DNA of 63,531 nucleotides, filler included, from Chiloscyllium plagiosum (Eukaryota), in NCBI RefSeq assembly GCF_004010195.1. It is 9 parts of 9 records of this genome, joined end to end, with 100 filler letters (N's around TTAATTAATTAA, not from the genome) between each part and the next. Parts side by side here need not be neighbours in the genome. Positions count along the whole stretch, not along the records: positions 3,656 to 17,883 come from NC_057746.1; positions 17,984 to 19,306 come from NW_025147412.1; positions 19,407 to 22,385 come from NW_025207075.1; positions 22,486 to 25,057 come from NW_025182521.1; 5 more parts are not named here. One strand, 5' to 3'. The translations under genes were made by a program, and so were the position numbers. Numbering within the stretch: position 1 is the stretch's first letter; every line of letters begins with the position of its first letter. Under the pieces are notes generated by a model that worked only from the letters and a program-made list of their open reading frames with translations, made no database searches and was not told where the DNA came from. Shown one piece after another: positions 12,316 to 24,309 of this stretch.

Positions 12316-12922
12316 TCTGCATCTTGCCCTGCAGTGCTGTCTCTCCCACACTGCACTCCTAATCCGAGCAAAGCCTGTGGAACAGCCAGGAGATTGTTTG
12401 GAGAGTGTAGGAGGTTAGTCTTGAATATTGATGAAACCTCTTGTTTGTCCTTGTCCAACGAGCGCTACCAATCAGAATGTGAAACCGTGTGCCATCAAAA
12501 ATGGTAATCTAAAATCTGGTCAAAGAGATAGGGAATTTCTGGATCATCTTAAATAAGGAAGAGAGAGGGGTTGGGAAGAGTGATTTTCACATTTCTGAGC
12601 GGATCTCTCAAATGTTAATTCTGACCTCTCTCTCTCTCTGCACCTTCACTGCAGCTGTAACACTGTATTCTGCACTCCAAGTCCTCTTTTCTTTGATTGC
12701 ACTTTAACTGTAGTGTTTGAATAAATTTTGTTTGGCTTAATGTTGCATGGTTTGACCAATCATATTGCATCTGGAACATGGCACTTTGCTGTCTAGCCTA
12801 CCTTCTTAACATATTTGAGGCAGTCTGGTCTGGCCCATAACAAGACACAATAGTTATATTGTTTTTGCTTTTTTATTAATGAGTGGTTTGACCATTTGTT
12901 CCTTCTCCCCACCTCTTTACAG

Positions 12923-13276
12923 ATGTGTTCCGAGTCACTGGCCCGGAAACTCCAATCATTGCCTCGGTAGGTGGGGTGGCAGTGTTGGAATGCCAGCTGA
13001 TCCCAGAGAAACCCCTATCGGGCATGAAGATAGAATGGGCTCGCAGTGACTCTGAGCAGCACATGCCCATCCACAGCTACGTCGTTGGGCTGAATGTGGA
13101 GGAACAGCCTGCTCCGGCGTACAGGAACAGGACAGAGTTCTTTAAGCAGGAGCTTAACCAGGGGAATGTCTCTCTCAGACTGCGAGATGTCCGGCTGCAG
13201 GATGAAGGAGATTACCTCTGCATGGTTGAGTCTAGGGGATTCATTGAGCAGGCACCCATGAAGCTGAAGGCCACTA
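12923..13276 (+). CDS. Butyrophilin-like gene, IgV exon
   Basis: TTTACAG| ... |GTAAGT, 354 nt, phase 1-1; DVFRVTGPETPIIASVGGVAVLECQL...IEW...YRNRTEFFKQELNQGNVSLRLRDVRLQDEGDYLC, typical of BTN/B7 IgV. Confidence 0.9.
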
Positions 13277-14320
13277 GTAAGTCCCCATGGGACTGGCTGC
13301 CCGTGGGATCAACCCATTCGCTCTGTCACCCACTTCCTCACTCTCTATGTCCTTCTGACCTTCCTCTTCCCACTCCTCCTCCACGCCTCTATACCTCCTC
13401 CAACCCGTCTACACCACCTCCACCCCTTTCAAAACTGCCTTCCCCTTATACCTCTCTCCACCATTCCCAACCCCTCAGCCCCTCTTACACCTCCCTCCAC
13501 AGCCTCTTCCCCCTCTCTTCCCCCTCCCTCACTCACCCTACCCTGCTGCCTGAGCTGGAACAACCCGGTGAGCTGATGAATGATGAGGGATGAAAGCAAA
13601 GAGCCTTCAGGGAGATTTAAAGAAGTTGAGTTAATGGGCAAATGTGTGGCCACTGCAGGATAAGGTGGATAACTGTGACATTGTACATGATGGGAAAAAC
13701 AGGTTGGCCAAGTATGATATCAATGGTGTTGGATTGTGAGTTGTTGATGTGCAAAGTGACTTGGTTTCTCTTGGTAAATAGTAAGTTCGTCTTCACAGTG
13801 AGAGGGTATGAGATCAGGAGCAGGGATGTCTTACTCCGGCTGTAAGAGCCTTGGTGAGACCACATCTGGAGTATCGTGTTTGGTTGTGGTCTCCTGACCT
13901 AAGGGAGGATACTGTTGCCTCAGAGGGAATGCCAAACCTATGTTACATCTACTTTAGTTTTTTGATCGAAGACACAGGCAGCTGAATTTTGGATGACCTC
14001 AAGTTCACTTAGTGGAATGTGGGAAGGACATACCAAAGGCAGGGCTAAGGGAATCAGGAAGAAGGTTTCAGTGAGGATGAGCTGGAACAGGTGAAATGGG
14101 GTGAGGCTGCGGAGATGGAAATGTTTGTTTTTAGTGAGCGTCGCAAGCTAAGGGCGCAAATACAGCTCTCCATCAAGCGTGACACTAAGTTTGCGAAGAG
14201 ACTGGCTTAAACTCTTGGTCTGTTTTCACGGAGAGAGTTAGCGTCGAATAAAATAAAATTCGTGGCCTCAGTCTGCCCCAGTCTTTCCTTTCTCATGACC
14301 AATGATTCTTCTTGTTGTAG

Positions 14321-14605
14321 GTTTCGGCCAGCGTCCTGTGATACGATTGGAAGGATACCAGCACGATGAAATCGGGCTGCACTGTAATTCATCCAGCTGG
14401 TACCCAGTTCCCATGGTGCACTGGGAAGATGGCAAGGGCACGAACATGACGGAGAGGTCGAGGATGACATCGACGAAGACAGTGGATGGCCTGTACAAAG
14501 TCTCAAGCAGCATTGAGGTGACAGCTGGTTCGAGCAACACCTTCAGGTGTTTAGTGAAGAGTGCCATCTTAAAGAGCTCACGGCAGAGCAGCCTCAGCAT
14601 CCCAG
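14321..14605 (+). CDS. Butyrophilin-like gene, IgC exon
   Basis: GTTGTAG| ... |GTCAGT, 285 nt, phase 1-1; GQRPVIRLEGYQHDEIGLHCNSSSWYPVPMVHWED...DGLYKVSSSIEV...FRCLV, a BTN-type C domain (C-x-S-x-x-W-Y-P). Confidence 0.9.
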
Positions 14606-14789
14606 GTCAGTGAGGTGCCTGTGCACTTGGCCGCAGAAAAGGGAGATCGCACGTTTTCTAGTGCGACTATGAAACTCCTGAAAATTTTCACTGCCGATTT
14701 AAATTCTATGGTGATGTCAGTGGTTGCTCTCCAGAGGGAATTTCAGTCGAGTCCCAAGGAAGCATTACATCCCAAAGTCAGAGCCTAGG

Positions 14790-15125
14790 AATCTTGCAAT
14801 GAGTAACTCACCCCTGTCTCCCCAAAGCCTGTCCACCATTTACAAGGCACAAGTCAGGAGTGTGATGGAATACTCACCACTTGCCTGGATGGGTGCAGCC
14901 CCAACAACACTCAAGCAGTTTGACACCATCCAGAATGAGGTGGCCCACTTGATTAGCACCACATCCACAAACATCCACTCCCCTCCACCATCAACATGCA
15001 GGAGCAGCAGTGTGTACTGTCTACAAGATGCATGTAGTAAATCACCAAGGCTCCTTAGATGTCACCTTCCAAATCCTTGACCACTACCATCGAGAAGGGC
15101 AAGGGCAGCAGATACATGGGAACAT
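14790..15125 (+). mobile_element. LINE (CR1/L2 group) ORF2 C-terminal fragment
   Basis: LSTIYKAQVRSVMEYSPLAWMGAAPTTLKQFDTIQ; a related 3' fragment lies on the minus strand at about 3700-4030. Confidence 0.6.
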
Positions 15126-15850
15126 CCTGTGGTTAGCTCTCAGTTGACCAGATGCCTTGTTTGTGATGTAGCATGAAGCTAATGGCGAGTGTTCTATTCC
15201 CTCTGAGGTCACCATTTGGGTCCCACCTTTTCAAATTTCTTCACACCTTCTGTACTGACTTTGTCATCTGCTTTTCTGAAGGAGAGTCATGGCGGACTCA
15301 AAATGTCAACTGTTTCTCTGTCTACAGATGCTGCCAAACCTGCTGAGTTTCTCCAGCATTCTCTCTGTGTCTGTTTCAGTTTTCATAATTCTGCAGTATT
15401 TTGCTTCTATTCAAGGTTAGGAGGATGATTAGGCTAGTGCAAGCTGGACGGGCTGAATTGACTCCTACTGTGGTGTAAATATAATCCAGAATCAGGCTTG
15501 GTCTCCATCAGGGCAGAGTTCCTTTTCACACTTGCCCTCAATGATTCCAGGACTAGGAAGAGGGGGAGCTGATCTATGACTCACAATCTTGACTGACCCA
15601 CCCACCTCCTGGGAACATGTTTAACTTACAGAGTGTTCCCTGATGATGTAGACTTCTAAACAGCCAGAGTTCAAGATGGCCACAGTTGTGCACTCTTAAT
15701 CAGTTTCCCACTTGTGGGTGGATTAGATTTGGTGATGGGAAGACTTTGTTGGTGACACAAGGAGCCTCCTTGGGGGTGACTGAGGATTGGAGCTGCAATC
15801 CAATTGATAACTTTGCATTTAATGGAGCTTTCTTTTGATTCCTCTTCCAG

Positions 15851-15970
15851 ATGAATTTTTCCCCAGAATGTCACGTTTCTTCATCGCCTTCATCCTGTTT
15901 CTCATCTTGCTCCTTGGATTGCTGGCAGCTGCCGGTTACTATCAGTACAAACAGCAGAAACAGATAAAAG
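15851..15970 (+). CDS. Butyrophilin-like gene, transmembrane exon
   Basis: CTTCCAG| ... |GTATGA, 120 nt, phase 1-1; DEFFPRMSRFFIAFILFLILLLGLLAAAGYYQYKQQKQIK. Confidence 0.85.
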
Positions 15971-16678
15971 GTATGATGTACTAGTCACTAACAAAAAAGG
16001 GCCCATTTTGAGAGGGGTTGTCATTACAAGAAGAGGCCCCGCTTTAAAATAGAGTGACAATTTAACACATGGTGCCATTTAAAGGAATTGTGGTAATTGT
16101 GAGATGGCAGTTTTTTTTGGAAGTGAGGCATTTTAGGCACTGGTTGCCATAGTGAGACAGAACGCCATCTTTGTGTCAGTGCACCATTCTTATTTACAGC
16201 ACTTTATTGAATCATGCACAGGTACTATTTTGAGAAAATTCAGAGGCAATTGAACCATTTTGTTACTCGGCGCCATTAGGAAACAATATCTTGCCACTTT
16301 CAAAGTTGAAGTGGGGGAAGAAAAATATGTTGTACTTGAATTAAAGTCACATTATAGAAATTATGAACAGACATCCATAAAGGGTCTTTGGGGCTTTGGA
16401 TTCTGATGTGGTGGTGTTGGGGGAGGGTGTGCAGTAGGGAAGAATGTATTCCAGCTGGTGGAACTGTGTATCCAGAGAGTGATGGAAAATTTGCCACTTA
16501 GTATTTTACAATAGGCTCTGATTAACTGGGGGGAGGGTGGGATTTGACTCACAATGCAAGAAGTATTGTGTTGATTGCATGACTGTGTACCATTACAGGA
16601 ATGCATCTGATAGTATATGTGTGTGTGTGTAAAATTAATAGTGTATCATAGTCACACTGTGTATCTGTTCTCTTTCAG

Positions 16679-16705
16679 AGCTGCAAAAACGTCCAACTAT
16701 CAAAG
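16679..16705 (+). CDS. Butyrophilin-like gene, 27-nt cytoplasmic mini-exon
   Basis: TCTTTCAG| ... |GTATGT, phase 1-1, ELQKRPTIK; 21/27-nt exons are characteristic of the BTN juxtamembrane coiled-coil region. Confidence 0.7.
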
Positions 16706-17106
16706 GTATGTCAAGTTTCATTTAAGTATTTGCCTCTTTCCCCCTTTAGCTATCCCATGTCACTTGTATGACATTGGTCCAATTATTAAATTTCACATCC
16801 CTAAGGTTCCTCAGCAGCTCAGGGGCTAAAAATCCACTGTATAGAGATTCTGGCATAGAGGCAAGATTCTCACTCCTAGGTCATCCTGAGGGAATACTGC
16901 ACTGTCCTCGATGCCATCTTCCCAATAGTACCTTAAACTGAGGACCTGTCTTTGGGTGGATGCTGATATCTTTGGCAAGATCTTTTGTTTTGTCTTTTCC
17001 TTGAGGACTTTTCCTGTTGCTAATTTGGTGCCCTTGGTTATAATTTGTGAAAATTGGAATTGCCACAGGGACGAGCTATAGGAGGTTGAGATTCTGGGTT
17101 TTTTCG

Positions 17107-17883
17107 AGGAGAAAGTGAGGTCTGCAGATGCTGGAGATCAAAGTTGAAACTTTATTGCTGGAACAGCACAGCAGGTCAGGCAGCATCCAGAGAACAGGAG
17201 ATTCGACGTTTCGGGCACAGGCCCTTCTTCAGGAATGAGCAGAGAGTGTTCAGCAGGAGAAGATAAAAGGTAGGGAGGAGGGACTTGGAGGAGGGGCGTT
17301 GGAAATGTGATAGGTAGAAAGAGGTCAAGGTGAGGGTGATAGGTCGGAGTAGGGTGGAGGCGGAGAGGACAAGAAGAAGACTGCAGGACAGGAAGGCGGT
17401 GCCGGGCCGGAAGGATCCAGCTGAGACAAGGGGGGGGGAGGGGGGATGAAGAAACTGGTGAAATCCAAGTTCATCCCCTGTGGTTGGAGGGCTCCCAGTC
17501 GGAAGATAAGACGCTCCTCCTCCGACCGTCGCGTTGTTGTGGTTTGGCGGTGGATGAGTCCAATGACCTGCATATCCTCGGTGGAGTGGGAGGGGGAGTT
17601 GAAATGCTGTGCTACAGGGTGGTGGGGTTGGTTCGTCCGGGTGGCCCAGAGGTGCTCTCTGAATCGCTCCGCAAGTAGGCGGCCTGTCTCCCCAATATAG
17701 AGGAGGCCACACCGGCTGCAGCGGATGCAGTAGATAATGTGGGTGGAGGGGCAGGTGAATCTGTGGCGGATATGGAAGTTTCCTTTGGGGACTTGGAGAG
17801 AAGTGAGGGGGGAGGTATGGGCGCAAGTGTTGCACCTCCTGCGGGGGCAAGGGAAGGTGCCGGGAGTGGAGGTTGCAAGGGAA
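17107..17883 (-). mobile_element. Penelope-like element 3' part (GIY-YIG endonuclease end and terminus)
   Basis: IYCIRCSRCGLLYIGETGR... and LIHRQTTTTRRSEEERLIFRLGALQPQGMN, then a hammerhead-containing terminus; truncated by a gap. Confidence 0.85.
17201..17236 (-). ncRNA. Minimal type I hammerhead ribozyme motif in PLE terminus
   Basis: ATTC-CTGAAGA-A-GGGC(CTGT)GCCC-GAAA-CGTC-GAAT. Confidence 0.7.
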
Positions 17884-18148
17884 NNNNNNNNNNNNNNNNN
17901 NNNNNNNNNNNNNNNNNNNNNNNNNNNTTAATTAATTAANNNNNNNNNNNNNNNNNNNNNNNNNNNNNNNNNNNNNNNNNNNNACATTGTCGCAGTGACC
18001 TACTTCAACATCCAAATCTCAGACGTATCTCTGAGCAGTCCTGAGAAGGAAGAGAGTTTAAATTCAGTGCGAACAATGACCTTTGTCCTGCCAGCTCAGC
18101 CCTGTTCTAAGTAAAGTTGTGTCTCCTCTGTGGACTGTCTCCAACACT

Positions 18149-18477
18149 CTACACACATTCTGATCTCCTGATGCTCTTGCTGAGGGGAGAGAGGAGGGTC
18201 ACATGGGTGAGGGCACAGGAGAAGCGAACGTTGGACTCCCAGTCAGACACAGAGAGGGTCAGCAGGCTGCTGACACTGTAGGTGTTGTCCAAAGCTCGCA
18301 GGTAGTTGCTAGTCTGAACTCCGTCCAAAATGACTGCACCATCCTTCTTCCACTGCACCTCCAGCTCATCGGGATAGAAGTGATTGGCAAGGCACACCAG
18401 GGTGGCAGTGCCCTTGGCATTGACCTGCTCCGGGGAGATGGGCAGCAGGGTCAGCTTGAGCTGGGAGTTCTCACGGC
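18149..18477 (-). CDS. Ig kappa-type light-chain C exon 2 (intact, ends RRSECV*)
   Basis: Acceptor TTTCAG|; 329 nt; both domain Cys and the penultimate Cys are present. Confidence 0.9.
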
Positions 18478-20420
18478 CTGAAAGACAAGAGAAACAATTT
18501 TAATCCCTGCCAAACAAATGGATTTTGACTCTCAGTATATTCACTGGCAAAACAATCTTATTGAACATTTGTAGTCAATACAGAATAAACCCCGACAAAA
18601 GAATAGGTATTGTTTAAATTGCTTCTTGGGATATGAGAGTCACTGCCAGGTCCAGCATTCATTGCCCATTCCTAATTGCCCCTGAGAGGGTGATGGTGAA
18701 AGAGAAGGGACAGTTTTGGTCCATTGTTTATGGAATGAATATGGGCAGCTGGAAGGGCTATCAATGGGGGAGCATTTCAGTGATAGTGATCAGAACTCAG
18801 TGAGATTGAGAGTACGGATGGAAATGGAGAATAATGGAGTAAGTGTAAAAATTTTCATTTGGGAATGAAATATTTTATTAAACTGTGCGGTGATTCAGCA
18901 AAAGTGGACTGAAACCAAGTACATGATGGAAAATCAGGGTCAGGGCAGTGGGAGGCTTCGAAGGATGAGACAGAGATTGTTCAGAATCTGTTCCCACAAT
19001 GAGTAAGTGTGGGACTCCCAGATATAGACTCTCAGCCTGGGATGTCAAAAGGCAGCAGAGAAGGGAAGACCAAACAGGGAAGGTGATGCTGGTTATCTGG
19101 AGATCAAACCTACAGAAAGCTGAGAGGAGGATAGAAAATGCAGGGGTGACATTGAACAGGACCTGAGGAAAGCAAAGAGCTGACAGGATGAAATATGTTC
19201 AACTGAATCAGGGAAATCCCAACCAACAAGAGGATTGGGGGTCATGTCCTAACATGGATTGGGAACTGGTTACATTACATTACAGTGTGGAAACAGGTCC
19301 TTCGGANNNNNNNNNNNNNNNNNNNNNNNNNNNNNNNNNNNNNNNNNNNNTTAATTAATTAANNNNNNNNNNNNNNNNNNNNNNNNNNNNNNNNNNNNNN
19401 NNNNNNGAGAGCGAGACACGTTCTGGACACCACATTCTGGGAAGGATGTGATTGTACTAGAGAGGGTACAGAGGAGATTTACCAGGACGCTGCCTGGCCT
19501 GGAGGGTCTGAGCTATGAGGAAAGATTAGAAAGACTGGAGTTGTTTTCCTTGGAGCAGTGAAGCTTGAGAGGGGACCTGACATAGGGCTGTAAGATTATG
19601 AATGCAGAGATAGGGTGGGCAGGAAGGCACCTTTCCCATGAGTAGAGGGAACAAGACCAAGGGGCAGAGATTGAAGGTAACACCAACATAGAGACATAGA
19701 AACTCAGAGTAGGAATAGGCCATTCGGCCCTTTGAATATCTCTGTCATCCAATATGACCATGGATGTACCTCTGTCTTAATGCCATATTCCTACCATCTT
19801 CCCATACCCCTTGATGTTGTTGTAATGCAAAACAATTACCTCTGTCTTTTTCTTGAACATATTCAGTCCTTTGTCCTCAACAACTTGAACGGAATTCCAC
19901 AGGTTGACTGTCCTCTGAGTGAAGAAATATTTCCTCATCTCAGTCCAAAAGGTCTACCCTGTATCCACCTGAGACTGTGTCCCCTGGTTCCAGACTCCCC
20001 AACCAGGGGAAACATCCTTCCAGCATCAAGTCTGTCCAGCCCTGTTAGAAAGTTATACATTTCAGTCAGATCTCCTCTCATCCTTCTCAACTCAAGTGAG
20101 TTCAGGTTCAGTTGAGGTAGACCCTGAGAAGAGAATTGAGAAATGTTTTCGCTCAGAGGTTGGTAGGAGTCTGGAACTCACTGCCTGGAAGGCTGGTTGA
20201 GTCACAAACTCTCATGACATTGGAGCAGTGTTTAGATATTCCCTTGTGTTGCTGTAACCTCCAGGGTAATGGGCCAGGAGCTGGAGGATGGGATTAGTGT
20301 CATCATATTTTTGTCGACCAATACAGACACAATGGGCCAAATGGCCTCATTCAGTGTTGTTCACATCAATGATTCTCTGTGACAGAGAGAGAGAGAGAGA
20401 GAAGAGGAAGTGTGAGGGGC

Positions 20421-20500
20421 TGACGTGGCTCTCTCTGCCTGATGCCATTTACATACTGAGGAACACCCAGTCAGACTCTCACAGGCTACAGCTTTATAAA
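20421..20500 (+). promoter_or_regulatory. Ig light-chain V promoter (second V)
   Basis: TGACGT 20421-20426, ATTTACAT 20447-20454, TTTATAAA 20493-20500. Confidence 0.75.
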
Positions 20501-20560
20501 GCAGAGCCCAGTGAAGGGAGAGTTTATCAGGAACCAGGCACAGGGACAGGAGCACACACC

Positions 20561-20609
20561 ATGATTTCACACATCCAGCTGATCTGGCCCCTGGCATTCT
20601 GTGTCGCAG
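20561..20609 (+). CDS. Ig kappa-type leader exon, second V
   Basis: MISHIQLIWPLAFCVA+G, phase-1 donor GTACAA. Confidence 0.9.
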
Positions 20610-20795
20610 GTACAAATCTCTCTCCTTCCACCTTGAATCTTTAGCTGCTCTCCATTTCACTCCAATTCCACTGACTCGTGATTGAAGGGAAAATGCTGAA
20701 ACCAGAGGAAAGCTCAGTGTCTCCAACAATCTCTCATTTGACAGGCTCTTTCTGTGACAGTTCTGACTTCACTGTGTTTCTCTCTGACCCCTCAG

Positions 20796-21123
20796 GTATC
20801 AGTGGGGACATCATCATGACCCAGTCTCCCCCGGTGCTGTCAGTGGGACTGGGCCAGACCACAACCATCACCTGTACGGCCAGTCAAGATATTACAAATG
20901 ACCTCAGCTGGTACCAGCAGCGAGAAGGACAGAAACCCTCTCTCCTGATCTATGAAGCAACAACTCGAAACATAGGCGTCTCCGATCGATTCACTGGCAG
21001 AGGATATGGGACCAGTTTCACCCTGACAATCAGCAACGTTCAGAATGAGGATGTTGCTGACTATAACTGTCAGCAGTATAACAGCTACTCCTACGTTCGG
21101 TAAAGGAACCAAGCTCAGACTGA
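20796..21123 (+). pseudogene. Pre-joined (germline-joined) Ig kappa-type VJ exon, out of frame
   Basis: V ...[11 protein letters not shown] is directly fused to J ACG TTC GGT AAA GGA ACC AAG CTC AGA CTG A|GTAAAT ([10 protein letters not shown]) with no heptamer/nonamer; J is +1 relative to V, giving TAA at 21101-21103. Confidence 0.9.
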
Positions 21124-23344
21124 GTAAATAAACCTCAATCCTCCGTTATTAACCCTTTCAATTTCTAAACACAATTTCTAAAACACAAATACTGAATTGT
21201 TGAAGGTGTTGGTGGGGAGCTGCAGTGAATGAAATGGCTGATTTAGGAGCACTGTGTCTAACAGGGTGTCCAGCTGTATTTCTTTAGTTCCATTGCCCCC
21301 TTTAAGCAGCAAGATATAAGTCAGTCAGTTTTACTCACCGTGTGGAGGAGCTCTATCCATTTGCAGTCTGTGGTCCCATTCCTGCAGTATGGAGTGAAAT
21401 CAGTGAGTAGCCTCCTGCCAGTCTCAGTGTGATGGACACGGGCAGAGTTTGATGTTAGCTCTGGCTCCCTGTCCCAGTCTCTGATCTCACTGACCTCAGC
21501 AGCAGCAGCAGCACAGTGAGACACCGAGCTCCCACCTCCCCCAGCTTTAACTCTGCTCAATCACGCAATCACAGAATTGTTACAGTGCACAAGGAGGCCA
21601 TTCTGCTCATCCTGTCTGTACTGGCTCTCTGAATGAGCAATTCACTGAATTCCTCCTGCCTTCTCCCTGTCACCCTGCACATTGTTCCTTTTCAAATAAC
21701 AGTCTCATTCCCTTCGGAATGTTTCAATTGAAGCTGCCTCCACCACACTCTCAGGCAGTGCATTCCACACCTTAATCACTCACTGGCTGAACATGTTGTT
21801 CCCATCTCACTTTTGTTACTTTTCCCAATTACTTTCAATCTGTGGTCTCTCGGTCTCAATCCTTTCTCAATTGGGAACATTTTCTCTCTATTTACTCTGT
21901 TCAGGCCCCTCCTGGTTTTGAATTCCTCGAACAAATAACCTCTCAGCCTTCTCCAAAGAAGACAGTCCCAAATTCTCCAATTAATCTTCATAACTGATGT
22001 TCCTCATCCCTGAATGATCTTTGGGAATTTTTTTTGCCATCACTACAAAACATTCGCCTCCTTCTTGAATTCTTCACATCATCTATGTCTCTCATGATTT
22101 TCTAAACCTCTGTAAGGTCACTCCTCAGAACCTTCTGCTTCAGGGTAAAAAGTCTCAGCTTTTCCAGCCTCTCATAGTCCTGGTGTCATACAGCGTGGAA
22201 ACAGACCTTTCAGTTCAACTTGTCCATACTAACCAGATATCCTAAACTGACCTCATCCCATTTGCCAAGCGTTTGGCTTACATCCCTCAAAACCCTTCCT
22301 ATCCATGTACCTATCCCAATGTGTTTTAAATGCTGTAATTGTATCTGCCTCCAACACTTTCTCTGGCAGCTCGATCCATACACATNNNNNNNNNNNNNNN
22401 NNNNNNNNNNNNNNNNNNNNNNNNNNNNNTTAATTAATTAANNNNNNNNNNNNNNNNNNNNNNNNNNNNNNNNNNNNNNNNNNNNCAGATAGAATCAGCT
22501 GAACTGTTTTTCATTCATGATTTGAGAAGGTTAAAGCCTAATCTTCAATCCCCAGCACAAAGCCCATTCTCAATCCATCGCTCGGAGACATAGACCTCAG
22601 AGACACCTACAGGCAGCACTAAGAGAGAGACACCAACAGGTTGCACTAAGTAACACACGCACTCTGAGAGACAGGCAGCACTGAGTAACATGGTCACACT
22701 CCATGCTGCCTGCAGGTGTCTCTCTGAGTAACACTGAGAGAGACACCTACAGGCAGCATAAAGTAAAACACTCACACTCACACTGTGAGAGACACAGCCA
22801 GCAATGTCTGTGAATGGCTGAAGATTGTTTCAGGGGCTACCCAACATGCCGCAGAGATTGCACAGTGCAATCCCATCAGCTGGGCCTGGAGGGAATGCGT
22901 CAGATTGTACTTATTGAGTCCTAACAACTTTCAGTTTCTGTTCTTTTTGGAATCTTGTAACCTGTATAAATTCCTGACCAAAGGGATCATTTGAAAATGA
23001 TTAACGAATGATGATTGTAATTGATTGACAGGTCAAGCAACCAATTGTGACAATGACCTGCTAAATGCAGCTAATCAACTGGGGAGGATGGAGAGTGGAG
23101 GTCATCTATTTCCAAAGTACACAGAGACAGAGACTGAATCTTCATCTTTTTTCCCTTTTTCCAGATTGACATTGACAGAAAAAAAACTGCAATTAACAGC
23201 CCAGACAGAGAAAGCTGCTCAAAATCACAGCCACAATGGAGCTAAAGGAAAACACTTGTGGAGATTTGCTCAATAACATGAGAATTCTGTCCCTTTAAAC
23301 AGTGACAAACCCTTAAATTGGAACTGACAGCTAAGCAGGAAGAA

Positions 23345-23648
23345 GGTTAGATTACTTACAGTGTGGAAGCAGGCCCTTCGGCCCAACAAGTCCACACCGA
23401 CCCGCCGAAACGCACCCACCCAGACCCATTCCCCTACACCTAACACTACAGGCAATTTAGCGTGGCCAATTCACCTAAGCTGCACATTTTTGGACTGTAG
23501 GAGGAAACTAGAGCACCTGGAGGAAACCCACGCAGACACGGGGAGAATGTGTAAACTCCACACAGTCAGTCGCCTGAGGCAGGAATTGAACCCGGGTCTC
23601 TGGCGCTGGGAGGCAGCAGTGCTAACCACTGTGTCACTGTGCCGCCCA
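23345..23648 (-). mobile_element. tRNA-derived SINE, well preserved; absent from the homologous 3' flank of C exon 4
   Basis: Full head GGGCGGCACAGTGACACAGTGGTTAGCACTGCTGCC, core and TAATCTAA tail. Confidence 0.85.
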
Positions 23649-23981
23649 AAAAGTTTGGTTTACTGAAGCAGAGACTTCTGAGGGTCACATTGTTTTGTAC
23701 AGCTGACAGTCTTCAGCAACTTCAAGAGATTTTACTCGGCATACAGTCAACACTTCCCCAACAAACACTCCCCGGAGAAGGACAGCATGAGGTTTGACAT
23801 AGCGTAAAGTCTCTCGACACTGTCGCAGTGACCTACTTCAACATCCAAACCTCAGACATATCTCTGAGCAGTCCTGAGAAGGAAGAGAGTTGAAATTCAG
23901 TGCTCACAATGACTTTTGTCCTGCCAGCTCAGCCCTGTTTTAAGTAAAGTTGTGTCTCCTCTGTGGACTGTCTCAAACAAT

Positions 23982-24309
23982 CTACACACATTCTGATCTC
24001 CTGATGCTCTTTCTGAGGGAGACGGGAGGGTCACGTGGGTGAGGGCACAGGAGAAGTGAGCGTTGGACTCCCAGTCAGACCCAGAGAGGGTCAGCAGGCT
24101 GCTAACACTGTAGGTGCTGTCCTAAGCTCGCAGGTAGTTGCTGGTCTGAACCCCGTCCGAAATGACTGCACCGTCCTTCTTCCACTGCACCTCCAGCTCA
24201 TCGGGATAGAAGTGATTGGCAAGGCACACCAGGTTGGCAGTGCCCTTGGCATTGACCTGCTCTGGGGAGGGGGGCAGCAGGGTCAGCTTGAGCTGGGAGT
24301 TCTCACAGC
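23982..24309 (-). pseudogene. Ig kappa-type C exon 3, pseudogene
   Basis: In-frame TAG (24122-24124, replacing Ser TCG) and a 1-nt deletion near the 3' end (328 vs 329 nt). Confidence 0.85.

Noticed and set aside
13277-13593. Pro/Ser-rich extension of the butyrophilin IgV ORF, resembling a mucin stalk
   Set aside because: It is read-through of a pyrimidine-rich intron past a perfect GTAAGT donor.
21250-21518. Isolated RSS heptamers in the J-C intron (CACTGTG 21250-21256, CACAGTG 21512-21518), reminiscent of the mammalian kappa intron heptamer/KDE system
   Set aside because: No nonamer at 12 or 23 spacing and no KDE-like RSS found 3' of any C. Several 7-mer matches are expected by chance in 63 kb.
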